64,000 bases of DNA from contig NC_092672.1 in assembly GCF_964355755.1 (NCBI RefSeq), forward strand, positions 10,602,001 through 10,666,000, written 5' to 3'. The notes under the pieces are model-generated. The model ran no database searches. It was not told the origin of the DNA and worked only from the letters and a program-made list of their open reading frames with translations. This document shows, piece after piece, positions 36,720 to 52,800 of the stretch. Position 1 is the stretch's first letter. Each line of letters begins with the position of its first letter. Position numbers and translations under genes: made by a program. This DNA is from Antedon mediterranea. Its lineage: Eukaryota; Animalia; Echinodermata.

Positions 36720-39700
36720 AGATTTTGACAGAATCAAGAGGTTATATGCATATCATGCATATAACCTAATTATTAGAAAAAATAAGAATGATAAAAAAGA
36801 TGATCCTCGACAGGAATTGAACCAGGGATCTCAAGTGTGAAAGCCCTGGAAAACAATTACACAAAACTCACATTCACAAGGTTATATAATTTATAGTTAG
36901 TACTAAAGACACAAACATTTTTTTTTTAATTCTGAGGAAATCATATGTAGGGGAATTATACTTTAATTCAAAATTGTGAAATTATTAAAATCTGGCATAA
37001 ATTTACATAATTAAGATAATTGTTAAGGAAAGAATAATGGAAAATAACGAAATATTATATTAATCGTTTTTTATGATATAAAATTTGATACAGTATTTTG
37101 TACTGTATGCAAATTCATATTCAATTTTTTTTCACAATTATTTTGCAATTATGATTGCTTTTTGTATTGTAATATCACATTTATATAGTGGAACACTAAA
37201 GCAATTTGAATGAATAATTGTTATGATCTATAAATACAGACACAGGTTGGAATGTTTGTAATATTTTATATTATATCTGTATTGGAACTTCAAAATCTGT
37301 TTCCCTAGAACAATCAGAATATTGTTATGGTAATTGTCCTGACTGGCCTTACTATTGAAATTGCATTATTAGAAACCAGTTACGTATAGGGCAAAGGTCC
37401 TGGTTTAGTATTCCTAAGGGGCCCTCCAACCCTGAGTAGTTACATTGGACTGCTCATGCTCTGGGGCTCTGGGGCCCTTAAGCTCTGGGGCATTTAAGCT
37501 CTGGGGCCCCTGGGTTTAGCCAATGAGCACTCATAGCATTATGCCACTGAACCAGACTTTGTCAAATAAACAAACAAAATTTAATGCAAAAACATCAAGT
37601 ATTGGAACAAGTTAATGACTGTTGTGTACTTGAAAATTGAAATAAAATAATATGTTACGATCTTCTTTCTTACCACCATAGGCATGTGGTATGTTCCTAG
37701 GAGAGATGGCATGCTTGGCAACATTTAAAATCATCTGGGCCTACAAAAAAAGGAAAGAAATTCCCTATGATGTCGGACCACAGACGTTTACACCCTTTGT
37801 AATGATGCCGCCAGCCCTTTGTGATATGTGTGGTACATCGATTATGTATGTTGGTATGTTAGGATTTTTTACTTACTTTACTCGAGTTATAATATTATTA
37901 TTTTTCTATCTTTTTGTCCACATTCATTATTTTATCAATGGAGTACTGCCATAGAAGAGAGGAACTTTTTTTATGGTATCGGAACATTTTAAACAGCAAC
38001 TTGTTGTATGTATTTGTATTGGGGTGTATAGCGCCACTCAAATATAATTGTCTGAAGGCAGTAAAACATTTGATAGAAAAATGAGAAAAAAGGAAACATG
38101 CTAACTGCCAATTTGAAGTACTGTATAAACTATAAAGGATACACCCTCATTACTAACCAGTATTCTTTAGGGTAACCTAAGTCAGTAGGGGCCTACAGGT
38201 TGAGTCTTGGTCATCTCGGACTAGTGTGCCTTCTAATCTAGTAAATTATTAGGTTATTGTCACAAAGATCAGTTTTTAGCTGGCAAATTCTAAACAAATA
38301 TATAGTAAAGTTCATATAGTAAAGGTTTCATAGTTAAAGGTTCCATAGTTAGAGATTTGCGCTTTTTTTGTCTCTCTCACTCTTCCTTCTCCCTCAGCCT
38401 ACAGTAATATTATAATTACCTTATGATTTTGTTTGTCTTTATAAGACTTGCTCCGGTCCTAACCTTGACTAATTTTGTCTTGAAGGCTTGACCCTAACTT
38501 ATGCATCAAGCTTCCAGATGTTAAGAGGTTCAGTCATCATCTTCACTGGCCTTCTCTCTGTTGCGTTCCTTGGAAGAAGACTTAGTTTTCATCACTGGGT
38601 TGGAATGTTTCTGGTTCTGGTGGGATTAGCATTAGTTGGTGTGGCTGACATCGTATTCAAGGAAGAAGATAGTAAAGACCTAAATAATATCATAACGGGT
38701 AAGGAATAAGGGAATTAAAATGACAATTAATTGAAACGATATATTGTTTGTGTAGGAAGTGCAGTAGCATAACGGCTATGAGCGCTCACTGGCTAAAAAC
38801 GAGGGAGAAAAAAACCACCTTGGAGCTTATGGGGGACCCTGAGCAGTGTCCAGACGATAAAGAAAGCATTAAAACCTGTCGAAAATGGCTAAAAATGCCC
38901 AAGACCTCCTTTATTGGAGGGATACTTAGACCTTTAGGCCTCTGTGTTACACCACTGAGGAAGTGCCAAAATGTTCATTATACATATCACAATCAGAACT
39001 GAAACAAGGGTTACACAAACAATTTACATTCTGTACGTAAGGTACATATAAAATGTAAACAACTTAATGTAAGAAATCACTTTAAAATATTAATCTATAT
39101 ACCATTATAAAATTTGCAGTATCAGTTTTCATACAATTTGTAATGAATAATTCAAATCTTATCTTGTTTTATTATTTATATCTTATTCTGTCTTTCATAA
39201 GAAGAATACAAATTTAAAAAGATGTTTCAATTGTGTTGTTTAGGTGATTTACTTATTATAATGGCTCAGGTTATCACTGCCATCCAGATGGTCATTGAAG
39301 AAAAGTTTCTTAGCAAGCACAAGATACCAGCATTACAAGCTGTAGGATGGGAAGGTATATTTTCATAAAGATTTGTTCTAACATATAAAATACACAATAC
39401 CCTTTACACTGTTGAGCTAAAAATAAACCTGTATCGTGTACGAATTACTTCCTTTTAACATCTCATATGAGAACTTGTATTCATTTTTATTTAAGCGCGG
39501 TTCCCACTAGCAAACGTAAAATAACCGACACAACGCAATTAAATGCCCTTCCAATAATCCTCCTGCGTGAAATTAAACCTGCTTGGTTGTCTTGGTTGTG
39601 TCAATGTTCGTTGCCAATGCCACGTATACTTTACTATGCGCTGTACTATTTTGCTTTTTTTGTTTGCCTAATATGTTGTTGCATGAAATATACCTGAATT

Positions 39701-40431
39701 TATTTCCTGCAGCACTGTTTTGTCGTCAGTTCCCACTTGTGATTCTGCAATACAGAATTTGTCGTCGCTACTTTGTGTCACTAATGGGAACCATGCTAAC
39801 ACAAGCTTGACACTCTATTGTATTGTTGTAAAAAGCAATTTAATTTTAGTAATTATTTCTATAAATGAAGTCTCACACTAACATTCTATATATCGACTTA
39901 TTCATTGCAGGCGTATTTGGCTTCTGCGTTCTGTCTGTTTTACTAGTTCCATTCTTTTATATCCATGTTGGTTCCTTGAGCACTTTACCAGAGCATCGGC
40001 TGGAGGATGCCATCGATGGTTTTATACAATTAGGAAATAATAAATTACTCATTGTAGCCACCTTGGGAAACATGATAAGTATTGCCTTCTTTAACTTCTC
40101 TGGAATCAGTGTTACCAAAGAAATGAGCGCCACCACAAGAATGGTGTTGGATAGCCTTCGAACAATCGTTATTTGGTGTTTCAGTCTAGCCGTTGGATGG
40201 GAAGATTTTAGCGGCATTGCTGGATTTTTGCAGTTACTCGGTTTTGTGATACTGATTTCCGGAACTTGTTTTTACAATAATGTTGTGTTCGTTCCCCTGT
40301 ACAATCGTTATAAAGAGAGAAGAAGTTTAAAAGCGGTATCCGTATCAAATGAAAAGGATCCATTAATCGCAGGTGAAGGGTCAATTCAGAATGCGTACAC
40401 TACCAGTGATGACAGGTATCCAAAAATTTAA
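33234..40431 (+). CDS. SLC35F6: Solute carrier family 35 member F6, ~388 aa; exons 33234-33310, 34118-34190, 37682-37853, 38486-38698, 39244-39354, 39911-40431
   Basis: MLVTGSINTISTKWAD, FDHPFLQACGMFLGEMACL, PPALCDMCGTSIMYVGLTLTYASSFQMLRG, QMVIEEKF, AVGWEG, SIAFFNFSGISVTKEMSATTRMVLDSLRT; all junctions GT-AG and in frame. Confidence 0.95.
33755..33799 (+). ncRNA. Minimal type I hammerhead ribozyme motif within a Penelope-like terminal-repeat fragment
   Basis: CTC-CTGAGGA-T-GATCAAT(loop 9)ATTGATC-GAAA-CG-TC-GAG. Confidence 0.7.
34601..34860 (+). mobile_element. Degenerate short HINE/Helitron-like element
   Basis: Starts ATTACCTCCGCCA followed by a GTCTGTTTGTTTGTTAG microsatellite, a layout typical of DINE-1-like elements; 3' end unclear. 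Confidence 0.5.
35273..36770 (-). mobile_element. HINE/DINE-1-like element, full length, in SLC35F6 intron 2
   Basis: 5' end at right: IR AGGTTATATGCAT-ATC-ATGCATATAACCTA beside (AAAT)n. 3' end at left: subTIR TAGGTTATATGCAT, hairpin AATTCGTCA-CTA-TGACGAATT, AACTAG. Confidence 0.8.
39494..39797. mobile_element. Longer relative of the GGTTCCCACTAG MITE
   Basis: AGCGCGGTTCCCACTAG ... CTAATGGGAACCATGCT. Confidence 0.7.
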
Positions 40432-41259
40432 GTTGAATTTAGCAAAATTAATTTAGTACTGCCCTAATACTTAATGCTTGCCAACTATTTCTAAGGTCCT
40501 GGTTCAATCCTCACTGATATTGATTTTTCTCACACAACAAACAACTTCTTCATATTTGTATTAATTTATTTCTTATTTTATCATAGTTATGATTAAAGTA
40601 TACTTTTGCAATCTGATGGTAGCTACGTTCCACTCTACTAAACATATCCTGCAGTATATATAGTTTCTTGCAATAACCAAACTTGCTTTTTCTTTTGTAT
40701 AATGTTTAACTCTATGTTTAAACAGTACAGTACTTACAGTATTTATTTTTTTGTAGTATATAATATAAAAATATAATATATATATAATATAAACCTAAAT
40801 AAAAATACTAAAAAAACAATGTAATATAATATATATAATGGATAAATGTCACTTGGTTAATGTCACCTTGCATTGTATTCATATTAGGTAATCAGAGCTG
40901 ATGACAGAGAAGGTAATTTGCATAACAATAGCTACTTTTACAAATTGGTTTTTTCTATCTATCAACTTTTCATATTCTTCGTATAAAAAAACACTAAGAT
41001 CGTTCAGGGGCATCAAATTAAAACAGAAATTTGAATTTCTAATTTAAAAATTGACAAACACTTCCTCATTTTGCATGGGTACATAGTGTGTACAGTACAT
41101 CAAATTGTGTCGCAACCAGTGATACAAATCTATTACTAATGCTTGATGACTATCGGATTGGGCATCGAATCCATAGAGAAAAACCATCTAGTCTTTTCTT
41201 ACAGATTTAAAAGTTTTTCTTTAAAAGATTTCTGTTTTACAACCTTTCTTTAGCAAATT

Positions 41260-42136
41260 TTATTCACTTTTCAACTTGAAACCATGTCAAAAGAGACAGG
41301 CTATGCACATGTAGGCTGAAAAAATGGTAAAAACATGCTTATGATTTTTTTAATTAATAATAGAGATCGTTAGAATGCTTGGTGAACCCTATTTTTCATT
41401 TCATTTTCTTAAAGTATATATATCATATGTATGATTTATTATGAAATTAGGAGAAAAAAAAGTTGATTGCATAATCATTAATTGCATGTTAAACAACATT
41501 TTTTTAATTTCGACAATAAAAAAAACCAATGACATTTTCTTGGGACGAAATGAACAAACTTAACATTGACCTATCTTCTTTAAAATTGTCATATTAAATT
41601 TGAAAGTATATACTTTGATAGTGCATCATTTAAAAAAAAAATTAGATATTATCATAGTACAAAATTATGATTCATTTCGGTATGTAATAATCTATCTGCA
41701 TTAAAGTGGTTACTGCATAGTAAATACACAGAGGAATCTTTCTTCAACTTTTATTCAAGTGTGTATGGCTCGGTGGTCTATAGCATTCGAGGTACTGAGA
41801 TCGAATCTCACCTTGGGAAACGAAACGAAATAAGATTTTATTTGTCATAATCATAATGTATAAATTTTACACATGATTTATAATGAAATCTACTAAAAAA
41901 AAGTAACTTTTGTCTTTATTATTATGTAACAAGGGTGGTTTATGACATACGTGGCGTGATCTTTGATACTGGCTATTGTATTTGTTTTACCAAGATCCTA
42001 TCTTTCATATTAGACATAACAAAAGATTCTGACAAATGCAATCAATCAATTTGTATATCTTTTAAAAAATCAATTATCTTTATTTAATCAATGCATATAA
42101 CCTATGATTCGTCATAGTGACGAATTGAATCTAGTT
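41260..42136 (+). mobile_element. 5'-truncated HINE-like copy downstream of the SLC35F6 stop
   Basis: Reverse-complement similarity to ~35273-36200; ends ATGCATATAACCTA, ATTCGTCA-TAG-TGACGAAT, CTAGTT. Confidence 0.75.
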
Positions 42137-44897
42137 AATCATATTGTTTCAGACTCAATATACATATCAAATAACTACACATATAAACATTATAATGCAG
42201 TAAATGATAAAATGTAATTGTATTCCTCATCTTTCAACTATAGTGTCGTCTTTCAATTAAATGGTGCCTTAAATCAAATCATACAGTTGTGACCTATGAA
42301 TAAGTTGTTGCAATGATAATGTTAAATATGTTGTGCTTCAGTAGGCCTATATTATACCTGTACATTATTTTATTACAACACGTCAGTATTTGATATTATT
42401 ATTGTAACATGCCAAATAAAAAAAAAAATGTTTAGTTTCATGTTCAACAGTTCAATTTTAATTAATTCAATAATAATTAGGTGTTCTGCACCCCTCCCCA
42501 TCCACCTTTCCTTTCCTCCAAAAAAATCAAAGAATCCGGGTCGGCCAAGCTCATGTTGATACCGTCAATAACTGCTGTAATTGCCAATATATGACCTCAT
42601 CAAAGTAAATCCCTGTTTGTAAAACTAACTATTTTATTCTTAGTACGTTACCATAAGTTAGGTAAATGCTGCACCGTATATATCATATTAATTTGTTTTG
42701 TTTTATTCGATAATGTAAATGTTTGTTTGTGTTATTTTATACATTGTTTATAATTCAGTGTTGCAAAGTTACAATGTTTTTATATTGATGAAATTATTTT
42801 ATATTGTACTACAATAGTATTTTGTATAAATGGTACAATTACCACCACCAAAATATTATTTTGTATTGAATGTTATTAGAAGGTAATTTATGTATATTTG
42901 AAAAATCTAATTCTTGGATGAATTAAAGTATGATATATTTTTTAACAATTGTCAAATTATTTTAGGTTTTTTTATTATCAAAATCTGTAATTATAACAAC
43001 AAATCAAAATGTATATTTTAATAAAAAGGAATTTGTTTTGGAATCTTAGTGTTTCATCCACAAAAATAATTTTAGTTACAATAAGTGAGATGGGGGAGGG
43101 GGTGTTAAGTGATGGTGTTATATAAATCAATTCTATATTATTATTTTTTATTATATTTAAAAGATTCAAATGATAATGTGATTTTTGTACTGACTCTATT
43201 GTATTTGATGATCCGATTGTATATAATTATTTAATAGAATATATATATAGGCCTACGCCTACTTTTATAATACTTATAACTTATAGTCAGTTCTTCCAAA
43301 ATGAGACCAAATTCATTTAAATACAAATTGTTTTTTTATTTTTTGAGAATTGACTGTAGCAACTTTTTTGTCCATTTTGTTAATAATATTTAACCCACTG
43401 TGTAATAGAAAAATGCAATTTTATATTGAATAAACAAATGAATTTATTTATCCATTGTTAATACCAAAATGATCATTGTTGAATCAACTGCGATGCTTAC
43501 AGTGATATCAATGATGCATGTTATGTAGTACTGTATATATGCTAGCCTCATCAAATTTTATAATATTAAATCCTATCACCGGATGATCCTATAGTGTAAT
43601 AGAAGTTGTTCTGATGCATGTTAAGCTATAAACTTATTTAATTAGTTGATTTTGTGTTGTATTTGTTGAATAAAAACACTTTTGAAACTTTGATTTGATT
43701 TTGATAACTTTATTGTACAATTACATGCATGCATGCTATTTCAAAAGGATCTAGGAAAAGCTGCAAGCAGAAGCTAGTCAAAGTCTTTATGAAAGGTACA
43801 TTAAAGTTGACAATGCTTTAAAGATGTATTGTCCCCCAAAAACATGAAAAAAAGAAGATTAATTAAATCAGACTTTAAATAGATTATTTTGTAGTTTAAT
43901 TAAAGTATTCACTTCTGTAGAAAAAAAAGTTGGGCATGTCACATGACCAGTCAGATTTTGGTCATCAAATCATGATTCTTAATCCATTTCCATCTGGTGG
44001 AGTTTGCAACTCTCTGATTAGTATTATTTTTATCATGTTATATGCAGTGATGTTATACCCGAGGCCCCTGGTTTAGGAACGTTTCAGCCCTTTTCCACAT
44101 ATATTAATGCCTGTTTCCTCTGGGCCCTGTTCAGGGGTCCCTGGGTTAGCCAGTGAGTGCTCATACCCATTATACCACTGGTTTTATGTCCACTTCATAC
44201 CCCAGGCTTTACTTCTAGCATTTGATCTATATTAGCTTCCAATGTCACCTACAATGACCTAGGCGATCTAACAACAGGAAGCTGAGCTCTGGATTGTTAC
44301 CTAAAATCAATGATGCTATGCTGAAATTATCAAAAACATACCTCAAGGCTTGTCAAGGGTATTTTAAAATTGATAAGAGGAAGTAAAATAATTAGTGATG
44401 GAAATCATGTACATTCATGGCTTGTATAATCAGTGTTCCTTAAAGACAGCTGGCACAACAGCCAAACAGCTCAAGATGACATTGCTATGTAATATGTGTT
44501 TATATACAATTAACAAGCAAACAGTAATTGCATCCCTGCCAACTGGTACATAGATGATACAGGCATGGGTTCGAACCAAGCCCCTCACTGACATTATTTA
44601 GGCAAGTATGGCTGTTAAAACTAATACATGTAATGTACCTGCAATAATGTTTCTGTACACATTTTACTTTCTTACTATTTTTATGTGTATCTATGAAGAA
44701 TGGCTCTTAAAATAGAAAATCAAATTAAGCTGTTGCACTAAAATCACCAGTATGCAATCAATGCTTTTATATATTATTAGACTAAAATCATGGAGTATGC
44801 TAAAATCTAAATGAATAATCTCTGATATTACAATCATTATCTTTTGCACCTTAATTCAATCATAAAACTTGCCATAATTTGATAGATATTAGATGAT

Positions 44898-49540
<4,643 letters not shown>

Positions 49541-49816
49541 GTAAGTAGGCCTACTGACGTATTATTTATTTATTTTATTATTTGTTGTTGAATAATTATC
49601 GGATCCGTTATTATTGTAAATGAAGGTGTTAATATGTGCTTTATCCTTGTTCCTGCATCATTATTAATATTATTTACTGTTGATTGCAGGGGTTTTTTTT
49701 AAATAATTTATTGACAATGTTGGAAAATTCAGTGAATGGAATGAAAAGTGTGTTAACCTGTTTTTAACCCACATGTTTTTATTCTGTCTCTTTTTTTTAA
49801 CTAGAGTATCACTATC

Positions 49817-52800
49817 ATGGCACCTGGTGGTAAAACAAGGAAATCATCAAGGAAACAAGTTGACCTAAAAACCAAGAAACATGAAATCAAATTAAAGGTA
49901 AATTATAACACTGACTGAGAGTCTGAATGAATATCGCCCTCCATGTTACCCACTACCAGGGAGTTGTTTGCAACTCCTAGCTGCTACTACCAGGCAGGGA
50001 GTTGTAAAATAAGACTCCCTGATGCTACATTGTCATTTTTTGGCTCGGATTGATCTCTTTGTAATATTTTGAGTAATTATACCGTACTACTATATTTCTT
50101 TATTTTTTCATTTTAGATAGAGAAAAATGTAAAAAATAATTAATAATGCTAATGTATAATAAAGAGAAAATGCTTTACTTATCTTTAACAGCAATAAAAT
50201 ATACACAAACAACAGGACAATGAGCTCGCCTTGCCAAGATAGAACTCGTAACAGTCCTTTGATCTTATGTCTGGCTGCTACAAATACCATGCATACACTG
50301 TGTACTATGATACATAGTCTACGGCGCGCAGCATGACCCTGATCTTGTCGCAGCCACAGATACATTGAACTTGTTATAAAACCAATAAAACTTAAAGCAG
50401 TAAATACTGAAAATGTGCACTCCATAGGATTTTCCTCCATAGCTGCGGCCTGTGTGAATTACAACCAGAATGGGAATGTTATCTTTCAAAGTTGTTAAAG
50501 CTGGAGAACAACTTTTTATAAAATTCTTTCAATGATACTACTAGGTTTAAAAAGTTCTTTTTTCCCTACAGATTCAAGCAAATGCCAAGAAACCAATAAT
50601 CAGGTGGCAGAATAAGAATATTTTACACACATTGTATCAATATCGGGCTGGGTGTTGTACAACCAACAACATTAGACAGGTATGTGTCCAAAAACATAAA
50701 AATAAATGTCTTAAATCACTAATTACCTTGAAATTTAAAAGACCAATCAATACATATTTGTTTAATGGTAAAGAAATGCAGAGCTTATTCTCCTGTTGTC
50801 GCTTCCCATTTTTCTTCCAACATCCTGGAGTTCATTACGTGTACAGCCCCATTAGAGAATGTGTTCATTTTTACCCGAAGTTTTTCAAAACTTTGGGTAA
50901 ATGTCACTTAACCTCCTACTGTGACATGTGTTTATATAAGTCCAACTTTGATGTTAAAAAAACAAAAAAAAATATCATTAGATAATATGTCTATTGCATA
51001 ATACCTTACCCAGAATATAAACATTTATGTCAGTTGTCATATTAGAGTTAACAAATCATTTTTTTTACTTGATTTTGGATCTTCTTGACCTTTAACCTAA
51101 AAAATTTAAAATGCTAATTAATGTTAAAATTATACTCTGAATTACAGGCAATCATCAAACCATTTCAAGAGAAACTAACAAAATACAGGATATTACGAAC
51201 ATCCAGTCCATTTGACAGAAGAGTAACGTCAATGGCGTGGCATCCAACAAAACCGACCACAATGTGTGTAGCGTCCAAGAGTGGCGATTTTCTTTTGTGG
51301 GATTATGAAAAGTTGGACCACTCTCAGTTTGTTCGTGGAGTAAGTATAATAAATTTTGATTGCTTATTCTAAAATTGTAAAACTCTTTTAATGTCCAGAA
51401 TAATGTACAAATGAATACGGACTACTTTTGTGTGGCACAGAAAGTGGAGGTACAGTTGAGCCGGCCCCTGTGGTTTTTATATTTTTCTAAACATTTCATT
51501 TTCAGATTGAGAATAACTCAAGTTTAATAGCCGATTTTATTGTAATCATAATTATTGTAATATTCTCAATAAGTACAGTACAATATAATAGGCCTACAGT
51601 ATAATCAAAATATAGAAAATAAAAGGCATCACTTGATACACTGATGTCAAGAATTAAAGATTTGATCAAGGGAAATCTAGGCCTACTTCTATTTCACCAT
51701 AATCGAAACTGTCCGAAGCAAAGATGTATTGTTCCCCAAAAACAAGAAAAATGAAGATTAATAAAATCAGATTTTGAATGCCATTTTGATTACTTTCTTG
51801 GAAAAAAAAGAAATTTAACCCAAAAATGCCTTGCCTAGCAGCCAATTTGACTTAGATTACAGTTTTTCAGGTACATTATTTTTTATTTTGATTCAATTTT
51901 TGGTGAATGAATAAATAACTATGTGACATTAATATTGCATATATTCAACAAACAAATTAAAAAAAATATATATTATTTTAGTCGGTCGGACAATATCTTT
52001 AAAGTCATCTGATTACGGGTTTTTTCACATCTCTCATGTTTTCATTGAGGAACCTTTTCAATTTTAAAACATTGTTTAAAGGGATGCAACATCCCAGCAA
52101 TGAAGTTTGACCCCAATTTTATTTACACGGCAACATGTGATAGTTCGGTTCCGAGGCAGGATTTTGAAGGGCGCTCGCAACACGTTTTTGTGAACACTAA
52201 TGATTTGGCGTCAGTTGGTTCTAGTTATACTTGTGTTAATTAGTGATGTTTAATTCTCTGCAGTTGGGTAAAGGTGGTAGTATTCCTGCTTTGAAATTTG
52301 ACATAGACTCACCAGATCACATCTACACAGTATCTGGAGACGGATTGGTTCTACGTCAAGATTTTGAAGGTCGCTCAAGACAGGTCTTTTTCAATACTAA
52401 TGATTGGTCGTAAGTTATTGTACTGATTCTAATGGCAAGAGAGAATGTTTGTAAAGAATGAAATGCCTTGCCATTGGCATCAATACCCATGACAAACTGT
52501 ATTTCAGGACATTGATTCTGTAAACTGGATTCAGCCAGTACTGTGTTCAGAACTTTTATTCTGTAAACTTGATTCCGCCAGCTACTGTGTTCAGAACTTA
52601 ATTCTGTAAACAGGATTTAGCCAGCTACTGCGTTCAGAACTTTAATTCTGTAAACTTGATTCAGCCAGCTACTGTGCTCAGAATTTAATTCTTTAAAATA
52701 TATTCAGCCAGCTGTGTTCAGAAAATTTTAATTCTGAAAACATGATTCAGCCAGCTGTGTTGTGTAAACAGGGTGCAGCCAGCTGTGTTCATAATTTAAT

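Noticed and set aside
38748-39002. 84-aa ORF in SLC35F6 intron 4
   Set aside because: Non-ATG start, no recognisable domain, and the SLC35F6 frame is complete without it
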